A DNA stretch of 64,000 nucleotides from Utricularia gibba (Eukaryota > Plantae > Magnoliophyta). This document shows positions 35,179 to 49,053 of this stretch, in pieces. A model generated the notes under the pieces. The model worked only from the letters and a program-made list of their open reading frames with translations, had not been told where the DNA came from and searched no databases. Numbering within the stretch: position 1 is the stretch's first letter; every line of letters begins with the position of its first letter. Both the position numbers and the translations under genes were made by a program. The stretch lies in contig NEEC01000011.1 of NCBI GenBank assembly GCA_002189035.1, positions 3,224,001-3,288,000 on the forward strand, read 5' to 3'.

Positions 35179-38100
35179 ATGGCGCTGGCTGTGGTGCCCG
35201 GTCCGTTATCCTTGTCTTCCTTCAAACCCTTGCGCTTCTTTCGATTCCCTAAAAGCGAACTCCTCTTCCCCAACTCGCATTCTAATCTGATTGTTAACGC
35301 GGAGAAGTCAGATTCTCCGGTAGCAGTAACACCGGAACTCGATGGCAAAGGACCCTCCGCCCCGACCCGAGGAGAAATCTTCCTTCAAAGACGACAGTCC
35401 CAGGCTGCCTCGGACGCGATTCTTTCAGAAGGGAAGAAGATAAAAAGGAACAAGACTGAAGAGAAGGCTCCCACAGCTTTCTCCTTAACTCTTCCTTGCT
35501 GTTACGGCTGTGGAGCCCCATTGCAGACCTCTGAGCCTGAAGACCCGGGCTACGTGGAACTTCAAACCTATAATCTGGTTAGGGATTGTTAATGGGCTGT
35601 TTGAAGTCTTCTACTTCCAACTGATAGCAGCTTATATAGTTGGTTGATGAACTTTTGCAGAAGAAGAAGCACAAACAGTTAAAGAAGGTCCTTTGTGGGA
35701 GGTGCAAGCTTTTGTCGCATGGTCACATGATTACTGCTGTTGGGGGTCATGGAGGGTATTCCGGCGGGAAGCAATTTATTACAGCGGAAGAGCTTCGCCA
35801 CAAGCTGTCACATTTGCGCCATGATAAGGCTCTGATTGTTAAGCTGGTAGTGATCCTAACTTGAGTACAGATGCTGCGATTGCATTCAATTTTATGCATT
35901 GGCCTACTTATTGCATTGTAAATTTTGATAGGTTGACATTGTGGACTTCAACGGCAGTTTTCTGGCTCGTATTCGAGACATTGTGGGGGCGAATCCCATA
36001 ATTCTTGTTATTACAAAGGTGTGCAAGTGCCTAAAGAACATCCTTTTTACTGCTTTTCTTGGATAACTGACACCCCCCCCCCCCCACCCGTTTTGTCAGG
36101 TTGACCTTCTTCCAAGAGGGACTGATCTTAACTGCATTGGTGACTGGGTGGTGGAGGCGACGATGAAGAAGAAATTGAAGTTAGTTTTCTTTGTTTTTGT
36201 GTTCCTTCTCAGTTAGCACATCTTGCTCTTCTGTATTCTGATGGTGGAGATTGTCACATCCATCATGACAAATGCTCTCGACTGTAGTGTGATGAGTGTC
36301 CACTTGACAAGTTCAAAGTCACTGGTGGGAGTTGCTGGAGTTATTTCTGAAATTCAGAAAGAGAAGAAGGTTAGTTTCATCAAGGACTCGCCAAGAAATA
36401 GCAAACCTGGGAACTGCGAAGCCTTAGTGGTTAATGGAGCTTTGAATACTTGTGTTTGCACAATACTTAACTTGCATCCCAACATCTTCATATCATTACC
36501 TTCCTTCCGTTAAAATAATGTATCTTCGCTTTTGCATTATAGGTGGGTATTTAATGCAAATTATCATCCCTCCCAGATGGTTTCTTTCCAACTAACATAG
36601 TTCTGACTATGTTCATTTCAGGGGAGGGATGTCTACATTCTGGTAAACTCTTGCCTCTAATATGGATTTTTCTGTAGTATTTTATCTTGCTGTTTGTTGT
36701 GGCACACTACTTGAGTAAATTCTGCTTTCCTTCTTCGTATATTTTGACTGGACCAGGGAGCAGCAAATGTTGGGAAATCTGCTTTCATTAATGCTGTACT
36801 GAGTAAGCAAATTTCAGTAAAGTTTGTTTAAAATTCTCGTCTCTGTAGGAAAATCCCATACAGAAATAAACCTGTGATAGTTTTTGTTATCTCAGTCTCC
36901 CCTTGTTTTCAGAAATGCTGTCGTATAAGGATCCTATTGCAGCTGCTGCAAGGAGATATAAACCAATCCAATCTGCTGTTCCAGGAACTACATTGGGTCC
37001 CATCCAGATTGAAGCATTCCCAGCTGGAGGAGTAAGTTCATACAATCAAATCTCTGTTCTCTAGTTCCTCTGCCCGTATTATGGTTTATTTTATGTGAGT
37101 AGTATGTTAAAGAGTAAGGTGGGAACTTGCCAATCCCTTTTCCAAGGGGCTTTTTCCCAGAATTCATGCATTATCTCTTTTATTTGGTTAGAAATTGTAC
37201 GACACCCCTGGAGTTCACCTCCACCATAGGCAAGCTGCTGTGATTGATTCAGGAGATTTATCTACTCTTGCACCCAAAAGTCGACTTCGAGGTGAATACT
37301 TTCCGGTATGTTATTGTCCAAATCTACCTGAAGTATGGGCAACGTCTCCCATTTTGTACCAATCTCTTCTTCCCTTCTCCTGATGGTGCAAAAACAGAAC
37401 CCCCAAATTATCTCAGATGGCTCCTTGGCAGACCAAATCCGGTTGCATGGTTTAACAGGTTGCTCTATTTTCTGGGGTGGTCTTGTGCGAATAGATGTCA
37501 TCAAGGTTTCTATCATTTAATCATTGCGGTTCACTGCATTATGCTGGTTTGTTTATTTCTCAAGTGACTCTTTTCAACTTCAGTTGTTGCCTTCAACTCG
37601 GTTGTTGTTCTATGGACCCAAGGCAGTGAAGCTTCACTTGGTGCCAACTCAAGAGGCTGACGAGTTTTACAAGGTCAGACTACTGTCATAGTTTTCAATC
37701 TCCATGTCCGGCCGCTTTCATGAAACTAAGACTGCCACCCAGAAACTCAACTTGGGCTTCCTATTGAGCAAACTGATCTGTTGATTGTGTTTGCAGAAAC
37801 AAATTGGGGTCATTTTGACACCTCCAAGTGGGCAAGAAAAGGCAGCCAGCTGGATGGGCCTTGAAACCAAAAGGGAGTTGCTATTGAACCATCCTGATGT
37901 TGAGAGGTAGCTGAAAAATCATACCACATCATCATGTCAATAAACCGCCTCCCTCATTGATTACATTGATTATCAAGTAACCCCTTGCGCTGTATGTAAC
38001 AAATATGCTGATCTTTCTTTCTTTCTGGTAACCTCAGGCCTGCTTGTGATGTGGCTATATCCGGCCTTGGGTGGATCTCAGTCCACTCAGAAGGTGTGAA

Positions 38101-38272
38101 TACAGTGGAAGAAACTGATGCAGCACCAGCAGCTTTAGTTGTCCATGTTCCCAAACCCGTGGAGGTTTTTGTTCGGCCTCCTCTGCCTGTTGGGAATGCC
38201 GGCGCTGGGTGGTATCAGTACAGGGAGTTGACTGAAATAGAACAAGAACTAAGACCAAAATGGTACTTCTGA
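35179..38272 (+). CDS. NOA1: NO-associated protein 1 / RIF1, YqeH-type circularly permuted GTPase (plastid)
   Basis: 13 exons: CYGCGAPLQT zinc finger, LCGRC, VDIVDFNGSF, TK/VD (G4), GAANVGKS (G1), PGTT (G2), DTPG (G3), C-terminal RPKWYF-stop. Confidence 0.95.
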
Positions 38273-38540
38273 ATGACCCTTTCTGCCCTGTTACTGAATG
38301 CCCCCCCCCCCGCTACACACCATGGTTCAAGATGGTGATGAAGAGCCTGTGTCTCAGCCTCTGCCTCCATCTGTCAATCACTTTTGGTGCTGATGACCAT
38401 TCTCAACAAGGAAGAAGACATTGCTTTACATGTCTGTAAACAGGTCATTCATTCCATGGATTGCTGCAACGAGCAATGCACGTGTGACATGATGATCAAC
38501 ACACAGCTTTTTAGTTACAGTGAACTGACTGGACACACTT

Positions 38541-41500
38541 TCAGTATTCGCCTGCTGTTTTACAGGGCTGTGGAGGGGGGTTCCCCTTCCGGTTGGGCTT
38601 GGCTTCGAGCAGCATGGACACGACGTCCCGCATGGAGGGGCGATCGGCCGGATTCCGGCTCGTGCAGAGCAATGCGACCCTAAGGACCAACGTCATTTCC
38701 TCTCTAACGGATGCGAGTGATGCACCGGCATTGGGGTCGAGGACATCGGCGACTCCGTTTCCGGTCTTCACTTTGCACCTAACCCAATCAACTATACCGT
38801 TCCCCTCGCCGAACTCCGCCTCCATCGGTCGTTTCCCGGTCAGAAGCTCCAGCAACACCACGCCGTAGCTGTAGATGTCGCTCCTCTCGTCGACTTGCAG
38901 TGAGCATGCGTACTCTGTTTGATACACTTTCAGGCAGTTAGCTATCGACAGTACGTGAACAATGGAAAAGAGAAAAGCACAAACCTGGGGCGATGTAGCC
39001 GCAGGATCCGGCGATGATGGACATTGATTCATGGCTCTGGAACAGCTTGGCGACTCCGAAGTCCGCTACACGCGCCTCCATGTCGCCGTCGAGGAGGATG
39101 TTACTCGGCTTCAGATCCCGGTGGACGATCGGCGGATCGCAATCGTGGTGAAGGTAGCAAATCCCCTGCGCCACCCCTAGCGCGATTTTGTATCGGGTGA
39201 CCCAATCCGCCGCCGTATCCCCGGCCTTGCTCTTGCCGTGCAACACGTTATCGAGGCTGCCGTTGGGCATGTATTCGTATAGCAGCATGGTGCACTGGTT
39301 GTTGCTGCAGCAGCCCAATAATCTGACAATGTTCCTGTGGCGAACGTTGCCGAGGACTTCGACTTCAGCGAGGACGCCGCGTCGCCATCGGAGAGCGCCG
39401 TCCGTTTGCTTGCCCCAAAGCTTCTTAATGGCGATGATTTCGCCGTTTGGCATCTCCGCCCTGTAGATGGATCCCGTCGCCCCCATTCCAATGATCTCAT
39501 CGCTGATTGCGAGGCTCTCGAGAACGTCATCTGCCGTGAAGTTCAACCTCTGAAATGCCGTCAGTTTCCATGGCCCCTCGAAGTCCGATAACCGGCGCCC
39601 GCACGTGGCATGGAAGAAAACGCTGCCGGCTGTCAGAATGAAGACAACAATTCCGAGAGATGCGGCCAGTATCCAGAGGATAACCCCTGCCGCCTTCTTG
39701 GAGTGACGCCGGATCCCCCCCGGCTCACCCGCCAATCCATCCTTTTCACAGGGCCTATTGAGAACTTCGCCGCAGAGGCCGTCGTTTCCGGCGAACGACG
39801 ACGGATTGAGAGCGGAGAACACGGGCTCAGAGGAGGGGACAGGGCCTGTTAACCGGTTGTACGAAACGTTGAAAATCTCCAGAGTAGTGCAGTTGTTGAA
39901 ATTGGAAGGGATGGTCCCCGTCAAGAGATTGTGGGACAAATCGACATCCGTAATCGACGGAAGTAGAGAAATTTCCCATGGAATTATCCCCGTCAGAGAA
40001 TTCCTGCAAAGATTCAGGCTGATGAGTTTTTCACAGTGGCCGATGTCCCATGGGATTGAGCCTGTCATATTGTTTCCGGTAAGCACAATCTTGTAAAGGT
40101 TTCTGCACCCGATAAAGTCCGGGATTTTTCCGGTAAGAAACGAGTAGCTCGCAGAGAATATCTGCAAGTTTGGAGCTTTCCATATACCTTCCGGTAGCTC
40201 AGAGTTGAAGAAATTCTCAGAAATATTTAACAACTCAAGGTTCGGTGCCTCTCCAATTTCCCTGGGAATCGGACCGGAGAACTTGTTCTTGCTTAGCTCC
40301 AGATAAGTCAAGTTCGGCAAAGACACAAACCCTCCCGGAATCGAGCCGTTGAGGCTGTTGTTGTGAATCCTGACCCGGTTTAAGGCTGTGCAGTTGGTTA
40401 ATGAAGAAGGGATCCCACCGGAAAATCCGTTGGAGAAGAGTATAAGCCGCGTCAGTTTTTGGCCGAGGCAAATATCCGGCGGAATTGGACCGGAAAGGGA
40501 ATTGGAAGAGACGTCCAGCCGCAGAAGCTTCCCATTTGAGCCTAATTTAGGGGGCAGCGTCCCGGACAGGGAATTGTTCCACAGAGAGAGATATTCCAAA
40601 TTGGGAAGCTCACCAATCGCTTCTGGAATTTCACCGGTGAGCTTATTGTTCATCAGTAATAACGTATTCAAGTTCTTCCATCCAGAAACGCCCGCCGGAA
40701 TGTCGCCGGAAAGACTGTTATCCGACAAGTCGAGAATTTGTAACGATACCATTTGAACCCAATTCCCCGGAATCCTACCCGTGAAGTTGTTATTAAAGAG
40801 CAACAAAGTCTCCAGCTTCGCCAATCCTCCAAGCTCCGCCGGAAGACTGCCCGATAAATTTGCATTGGATACATCCAGGTAAACCAAGTTTGCTAACTTG
40901 GAAAACTCAACAGGGAGACCATTGGAGTAAGAGTTGTAGCCAATCTCCATGTGTTGAAGCTGGTACAAGAGTCCCAACTCCGCCGGAATCTGGCCTGAGA
41001 GTGAATTCCCATGCAAATACATCGACTTCAGCTTCGGAAAAACACCAAAACTCGCCGGAATTTCTCCCTCAAAATTATTCCCCCCGAGATTGAGATACTC
41101 GAGATGCTCGAGTGAAACGAATTCTCCCGGCAAAGGGCCGGCGAGATTGTTGCTATAAGCATTGAAAAACTCCAGGTACGTGAGGTTGGAGATCCCCGGA
41201 GAGAAGCTGGAGTTGAAGAAATTGTGATTGATATCCAAAGTCCTGAGACTCCGTAGCTCGAAAATCTCAGGTTGCAGAGCTCCATCAAACGCATTCCGGC
41301 TCAAATTCAAATGCATCAAATCTTCTAAATAACGGATTTCAGGCGGTAGCCTGCCGGAGAGGTTCCGCCCCGACAAATCCAACTTCACAACCCGTTGCGA
41401 ACCCGGGTGGCATTCAACCCCAGACCAGGAGCACCACACCGGAGGACGCCCAGCCCCATACCCCGAATCAACCCAATCAATGAAAGAAGCTTGAGGGTCA

Positions 41501-41618
41501 GTGAGTGAGGACTTGATCGTAAGAAGAGACTGCAGCTCCGGCGGGGCACAGAAGCGGCTGATGAGAAGAGGAAGATCAGCAGCAGGGAAGATGAGAAGAA
41601 GGGCTTCATGGTTTTCAT
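38541..41618 (-). CDS. TDR: LRR receptor-like kinase TDR/PXY (TDIF receptor type); apparent -1 frameshift in the signal peptide at ~41545
   Basis: About 21 LRRs, TM helix, kinase GMGATGSIYRAEMPNGEIIAIKKLWGK, VLAEVEVLGNVRHRNIVRLLGCC, HRDLKPSNILLD, DFG; one intron before EYACSLQVDERSD. The likely start MKTMKPFFSSSLLLIFLF is in a different frame from the long ORF. Confidence 0.92.
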
Positions 41619-41786
41619 CTTGGGGAGGTGGGACAGCAGCAGGAGTGGAGGTTTTTAAGAGAGGTGCAGGCCGGTATGCTTTTTTGGAGTGCATTTGGCG
41701 CAGGGAATGTTTCGTGTTTCATCATCACTGTCTGGGATTCTGTTCCTGGACAGAAAGAACACAGCCCTGGGGATTCGCCTTAAAAT

Positions 41787-41840
41787 CAACCTCACCTCAC
41801 CTCAGCTCACCCCACTGCACTTCACTTCACTCCACTTCAC
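41787..41840. repeat. Degenerate pentanucleotide microsatellite (TCACC/TCACT)n upstream of TDR
   Basis: About 11 imperfect units: tcacc tcacc tcagc tcacc ccact gcact tcact tcact ccact tcact. Confidence 0.7.
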
Positions 41841-43611
41841 TGTGGGTAACACCCCTGCAGCTGCAGTTTGTGGGTTAGTCTGGTACAGGCAGCATACAGA
41901 CGAATAGTTAAAACATTCCCAGATGAAAGGTCACCTTCCTACAAAGATGGTCCAGACATACTAGCTTTTCCCCTCCGCATACAACTGGATTCGGAAAGCT
42001 CTAGTTGATAAGGGAGATTTTATAATGATATTATGAGCTCATGTGCAGTTATTGTCATCTGGAACCGGATGGGGTTCATCACTCAAGAGCTGCTGTCATC
42101 ATCCCAATTCCCATCCCTGTTAGTTGCTGCAGGTAGGCGGTGAGGGTACACCGGTAAAAAAGCCCCCCACCGTGGGGCCCAGCTACATTCTGGTCCCCCG
42201 CAAACCCCACCGCCGGGGCCCCCGTCTCTCACGCCCGCTGGAGCCAAAAGCTGCATCTTGGATGGCCAGAGGAAATGAACAGAAAATCGTAGGTACAGAC
42301 AACTGCAACATAAAGCTGTAGTTTCCACTTACAGCAAACCCTGCGCCCTGTTTCTGAATTTCTTTCATATTCATGAACCAGAGATTCCGATGACCGGTGG
42401 TTGCGGGCAAGGAGGGGCATCTGATTGGCCACAACACAACCAACTCAACCACCAAAGTAATTGGAGCGCTGAACCTTGAGAGATTTATTTAGGTGGTGGA
42501 AAAACTTGGCCATTACGAGGTCCCCAGTTCATGATTATATGATGCATCAGCTACAATCATTTCCTTCACCATAATTAGATCATGCCCACTCTTGCTTATT
42601 CTATCCACCCACTGACTCGTCTGAATCACCCTCTGAAAGCAAGCTTTTATTTACCCAGCTAAGCATCTTGACAAACTCCTGCTAAATCCTAATCATCAAG
42701 TTAAGCAAGACAAAGGGTGCACCACCCGGTAGGAGATTTTCAATTCATACGGGACAGGGTATGGTCTGAGTATGTTCCCCTAGTTATAATCATATGTTGG
42801 TTCCATGCGTACCTTGTTATAGAGCTCTGACAGCGAAACCAACAGAACAAATGGATGGAATGGTTTTTCAAAAATCCCATTATGCTGTTTCGGAGGATGA
42901 TGTGCTCCAACTTTGTGACCTTTTTGTTAGTGGAGGAGCCTGCCAAAAAAAACAAAAAAGAAGAGAATCTGGTGAACAAAATGAAGGAATGCCTTTAATC
43001 ATAAGGAGCCTCGTCTTTTCTGATTTCAAACCATCCCAAAAGCAACATCGCATGAGCAAAGCTCGTGATGCTGGTGACACCAAAATAATTTCATCCACTC
43101 TCAGCATTCATGAGGATCCCATGCTTTTTCCCTCAAGTTTTTACATTTTAACTAAGCAGGCTATTCAGAATTTGATGGTTGTCCTTCAATACATTCCCCG
43201 GGTTCTGCAATCTTAAGGCTCACTTATCATGTATCTATTCACCCCTGAAAGCCCAAAGAATATACGCGATGGATGAAGGAGCAAGCCACTGAAGACATGA
43301 TGTTGATGTAAAAACCACTAATGTGACTGAACACTTGATGCAAATCATTTCTAGTTTAGTCTGCTCAGCTATGATGGGCCGGAAGAGACAACAAGAATGT
43401 ATTTATCTGCTGAGACATGGGCAGAAGACCCTCCACGCTCAGGTATTGAGTCAAGGCACACCGTGCAAGATTTTCCGTGTAGTCTTTGTGCCCCCCTATG
43501 GCCGGTTAGGCCTGCACACGAACACCACAGAAATGATTTTCACAAATGAGGGCATCATCTATCAGTAAAATGAGCAGTGCGAATGATCCCTTACCCCTGA
43601 TCATTCTTATG

Positions 43612-45860
43612 TCAAATTGAATCCTCATCTAAGGCAACAACAGCCCGACAATCCAGTCCTCCCAGAGATGTACAGTTTTTTTTGGTTGTGTCAACCGCCA
43701 TGAAGATTTGGTCACTTGAGATTTCCATACCAGGTGAGACCTGCAAACCAAAATATTAATGTTGATCAATCGAGAATGCTGAAGTATTCACTTGACAAAC
43801 ATAAACCGTGGAGCATGAAGCAAAGGGGACAAGACTTGCATTAAAGAGGATATCTCCCAACTTCAGCTTAACAGACCCACTTTTGTAAATCAACATTTTC
43901 CCCATGAATCCTTCGGGCATATCCTCCAATCTCCGGCCTTTTGAGGCACTCGTACGAGTTGGGGAAGTAAAGCTCCCGGCCTTTTCTTTTCCCTTTACTG
44001 CAGTAGGAGAGTTTCGATACCGTGGCGTGCTAATATTTAATATTTGTCACTCCTTCAAATACTATGAAGAAAACACCTGTATGCCCATTTGTACCTGGCC
44101 CCTTAATAGCTTGCAACATTCCACCTTTCTCACCCTCTGTGGCACAGCCTTGATTCCCAACAAACGGAAGAGTGGGGGGAAATTGGAAGAAAATCATTCG
44201 GGTTTTACTATCACCTTCTTCCTGTATCCAAACACAGAAAATAGAAAAAGACCAAATGTCTAATTTATTCTCCATATGCCCATTTTTACATTTAAACACA
44301 TCCTACATAGTGATCAAGTGGACTACTAACCCGAAATCCAAGATTCCAGGCAGCAGATTTTTCTTCACTGCCTGCACCCTCATACATTTCTTTATCCTGA
44401 AGTTCTGAAGGAAACATGAAGAGTATTTGTAAGAACTGTAGTGCACACATCACATAGCATCAAGTTATTCATGTATTAATCGATGAACAGTACAAATTTC
44501 TTCATGCTTTTATGATACTTTTAGAGGATCCATGTCTTTCTTGTAAGCCATTTTGCAATAGACTATAGAATTCGGGCCTCGTCTACTTGCGTGTATGAAA
44601 TGGGTTAACATCACAATTGACCTATATCGTAAAGACTTATGCAAGTCAATTACTTGAGTTGTCCCTTGTTATCATAAACCTAACCATCTTCTTGTCATTT
44701 TCAGGGTAGCCCACTTTTTTCTAATAATAATTACCAGGATTTCCTAGAGACGGCCTCTTCCAAGGAAGGGTAGTAGGATAGTAGCTGTTCACTTTGTCCT
44801 GCAGAGGCATAAAAATTAACGTGATTAATAAACTCAGGCACCAGGCTACCGCAGGGCCAACGACAAAGATTTGTTCCTATTCCATCATAGTTTGCCAAAA
44901 AAAAAAAAAAAAAAAACACAAAACCAAATTTTTCACCCATGGTTCTTTGTATGCCTCCTCCTCATCGGTTGAACTTCCACTACTCTGCTCAAGATGTTGC
45001 ATCTCATCAGTTGATACTGAGGCAACGACAGCCTTACTGCCTTCACAAGGGAACTCGTTCAAACCAGTTGTAGCAACACCATCGCTGTCTTTAGCTTCTA
45101 TGTCGAGGGTTCTTATAGAAGTTGATGAGCCAGAAGCCACTTCAGGCGCAAATGTAACTTTCACTGGAGCTGAATTTGAATGTTCAATTGAAGATTCTTC
45201 ATAACATGAGAGTCACAAACTGCACAAACAATCCTGGCACACAATAAGCTTACACTTTTTCTCAAGTCTTGCACTCTGCCTGTTTAGACGCTCCTACATG
45301 ATCCAAAAAAATATATGTTGCAAAAGTTCTTGGAATGAAAAAAATAATAAATAAATAAATAGAGGGCAAATCGAAGATATATTTAAGGACAGGGGCGATA
45401 AACAAAAATCCGAAAAAGATTATCCAGATAAACAACAACAAAACAAGAAAGCCCAAGAAACCAAGCAAAGACCCATCAGCGAATACGCCCGGATAAGTAC
45501 ACCGAGAAAAAGAACGTAAATACTTGGAATCGGCGATGGAGAGACGCATTGTTGTCATGATCATCGTCTTCATTTTCAGCACTCTCGACGCTGCATATTC
45601 AACTTCAGTCTCAACACTAAAAAAAGCAACATAACGAACTAAGACAAAAAGTAACTAACTAATCGAAGGTTTTCGTGTGTACATTTCAGTGGCGACCGGC
45701 TGGGGTGCCCTGCGCAGTGGCTTTGGACTAAACCTCAGCTGAACACGTTGAAGACTTAGTGAGGTTTTTGAGCGGCAATTTCGAGGAGGAAAAAAAACGA
45801 AACAACACCCGATTTAAAACAGCACCTTCTTGGGCGGGATGAACGAGAACCAGAATCCAT
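43612..45860 (-). CDS. RPC4: RNA polymerase III subunit RPC4 (C53); apparent -1 frameshift at the end of exon 1; last intron GC-AG
   Basis: Spliced product: MDSGSRSSRPR(K)/LRFSPKPLRRAP..., KEPW/DKVNSYYPTTLPWKRP, RMIFFQFPPTLP, LEDMPEGFMGKMLIYKSGSVKLKLGDILFN/VSPG...-stop at 43612. Largely invisible in the ORF track. Confidence 0.85.
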
Positions 45861-46280
45861 GAGAACCCGGGAAAAATCTCCGCAACCGGTTGATCGGAAG
45901 AATAAAATGACGAAGATGAAAGAACGGGTGTCGAACTCGTGACCTCCGATTGCGAAAAAGGGATTCGAGATTCTTTCCGCTGAGAAGAGGATTTTTTTAA
46001 TTGTAATTTTAAAATAGAAAATTATTTCAATTAACTCTACGTGTCATCCTCATCCACCCAAAACAGAAGTTTTAATTTTCTTTTTCTAAAGTAGGTCTCG
46101 TCATGGCGGTCACTGCGTTCTCCCCAGTCCTCTTCATAGGCCCAAATCTGTTGCCACGTAGTCACCACTCTCGGATGGCATTGGATTTTCATTTTCCGGT
46201 AGCTGCATCCACAATCACACAAAACCCATGATCTTAGAAATGCCAACCGAGCTTTATCAAATGGATGGATGGACATTAGA

Positions 46281-49053
46281 TCATGAAAGCGGAAGAAGGG
46301 CACCACTCACATTTGAAGTGATAGTGGATGAGTATCTGCTGTTGGAGACATCGCTGTGATTCAAGGTGGTGAGGCTCACCATTAGAGGACGCTTCTCGGC
46401 CAATGGCTTGACAAGGGATGGAAAGGATTGGTCTGGCAGCGGCAGCGGAGGGGGTGATGATGAAACTGAAGGTGGCGTTGGTATCCCAAATTGAAACGTG
46501 ACTGGGGAAGACAAACTTTTGCTGGAGTTGGAGTTAATGCTGCTGCAGTTGTCTTTGACCATGTTTGGCCAGAGGAAAGTCCCCTGAGGTTTGCAAATTC
46601 GGAACCCACTCTTTAGCCTTTCTATCTTTGCTGCTTTTTCCTCCGCAGCCTTACCTGCTGTATTTTGAGTTTTACCTTGACCTTCACCTGACTCCTGTGT
46701 AACTTCACTTGCGGCATTTAATGCCTGTACTTGTTGATCTGTGCTTGAACTTTTCTCTACTTTATCTTCAGAGTTGGCTTTTAGGTTTCTGATTCTTCCC
46801 TGTTTCCAGTTATTTCCATAACACCAGTAGAATAGAAGGTTAATCAAATAGTAATCAGCTTCTAAATGGGCTGAGTGAATTTTCTTCAAACAACATGAGA
46901 AATGAAATAAATAATGCACGCAGTCTTTTAGTACCTCCATTTCTTTCACAAAATTTGAAATGCCCATTAGTGATTCATTGTAGTTTTGCTGAAGAAACAA
47001 TGACCCAAAGTCGGAATCCAAGATGCTAAATAAGATTAAAACTGATAACAGCAGATTACCCCTGAGCCAAATTTGCAGTTTGAGAATGCCAAAGTTGCTC
47101 CATTTCCTCCTTCCTTTTCCTCAGAATTGATCTTTTCAAGTTCACTACAATCCACATTCAAATTAGTTGTTAGCATTATCAAGTATGAGATAATCAGCCA
47201 CTCTATAACGTTACCTCCTCAACTTTTCAAGCTCTTCCTTCAACTGCATCTTGGTTGCAACCAACTCCATATCCCTGCATAAAGCAAGTTTTATTTTCTG
47301 ATGTTAACTGTAACATTCGCAACAGTTTCACTAACCTTTTTATTTTCATCACTTCATCATTTAGAAGCTTTAGCTCTCTTGCACAAACGGGGTCCTGGTT
47401 TGGGGAATCACCAGGCTTCCAACCAGGGGGTGGAACCCAGTATGCGTCCCTCACCCCTGCTTCTTTTCTGATGTTAACTAGATCAGCATTCTCCAGCCAA
47501 TACTCCATTGCTCCGTCCGGATTGTGCCGCCTCCTAAACCTCTCCTGGCCTCCGGGAGCTAACTTTCCCGCCATATGCTTGAGAAGATGATCTAATAACC
47601 CTGTATCACCTATCCTCTTCCTTGCTTCTTCCCTAAGCTGAAGCCGCAGAATTGGCTTATCAGCTGTAGCACCTTTAAGTTTCATCACTGCCAAAAGGTT
47701 CTCCTGAGCAAGCTTATACCTGAATAAGGATGCGAGTGTTATGCTACAAATACCATGACTGGCGCTCATAGGTCAGTTATAACACACACTGTGTGGTTAC
47801 CTTTCTGAAGACCAACGCCCTTTCGGATCCCTCAGACTAAGTGCTTCCTTGTATCTGATAATTTTTTGCTTCTTAATGCTATTTTTTTTGGCTTGCGGCT
47901 TTCTGTTCTCATGCCAGTTTTCCTGTTTCTTGGCGATAAGGCTTCTTAAAGGATACCTCTTTCTCTTCAAGTTCTTTTTGTCACACCCCTTCAACTTTTC
48001 TTCTATTTCTTCATCTTCGTCACCGCATCCACTTTCTTCTTCTTCTTCTTCTTCTTCAACTTGCTCCTTGTCATCTTCTTCTTCCTCATCACCCTCCTCC
48101 TCCTCACCTTCTTCTACAGCCATCTCTCGTATATTGTCAGGCACCACATGCTTTTCTTTTTTTATAGATCCTGAAACACCATCAACAAGACTCGAGGAAG
48201 AAATCTGTGTGTTTCCTTCTTTCTCATCATTCTCCATATGCCTTCCTAGATGCTTCACTTGTCTTCTAACTCCCCAGTTGATCATCCCATTTTCTTGTAG
48301 CACAGAGAAACAGGTTCCTTTCTTTTCTACAGAGATGGTGCAATCCCTACACCCTCCACCAATCAACCAGAAAGATTCTGAGTTCTTCTCTTCATGGAAG
48401 ACATGGGGTGGAATTAATTTGAGAAGAACTTTGGGCGCCAACCAAGAATCCATGGAGAACTTCTCGTCCAAAGTCGGGTGCGTTTCCCTTGTGGTGTAGT
48501 TGAAAAATGTTCTCAACGACGACATGCTCGGATACCTTATCACAACAATGAACTCCGTCGTCTGGCAAACCTGGAATTCAAGTAGGGTTCATTACAGAAA
48601 CATCAAGAAACATTGGATTTGGATGAGCGAATGTATCGATCCCACCATGGCAACCCGAATGGACCTCAACTGAGGCGGGCATGTTAGTGGAAGACGATGA
48701 TGATCGATCTCGAAAAGACAACCCTCTCTGATGGGACACCCAATCAGATGATTCTCGCCTTCATCCATGGGGATGTGCATCGGCATCGGCATCGGCTCTG
48801 TAGTGAATCGAGAAGCAATAAACAAACTAAGTTTCAGGGAGAAGAAACACGCAGGCAGTTTGAAAGGGAAGACGGAGGCAGTTCATACATACGATACTCT
48901 ACGTGGAGAAACACCAACACGAAAAAAAGGGGTAGGTATCCTACCTTTAGAGAGAAGACACCGGACTGATGAAGGCGGCAGTCGGGCCAAAAGCGGCCGT
49001 TGTACCGCCGTTGTAGCAGTTTTCTCCGCCTCCTTTTGGCAGCACTGTTCCAT
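46281..49053 (-). CDS. SWI1: Meiotic protein SWI1/DYAD (AMEIOTIC1 family); start codon tentative
   Basis: FEIDH..LP...QLRSIRVAMV, RYPSM, HPTLDEKF, NWGVRRQV, acidic tract, GRWSSER/YKLA..., LREEARKRIGDTGLLDHLLKHMAGK, RFRRRHNPDGAMEYWLE, GFRICKPQGTFLWPNM. Confidence 0.92.

Noticed and set aside
35470-35492. CCACAGCTTTCT similarity to miR396
   Set aside because: Partial same-sense match inside NOA1 coding sequence; neither a hairpin precursor nor a target site.
42794-43216. 140-aa plus-strand ORF, and similar long antisense ORFs such as 47849-48499 and 28670-29164
   Set aside because: No recognisable motifs; explained by antisense frames of real exons or low-complexity sequence.
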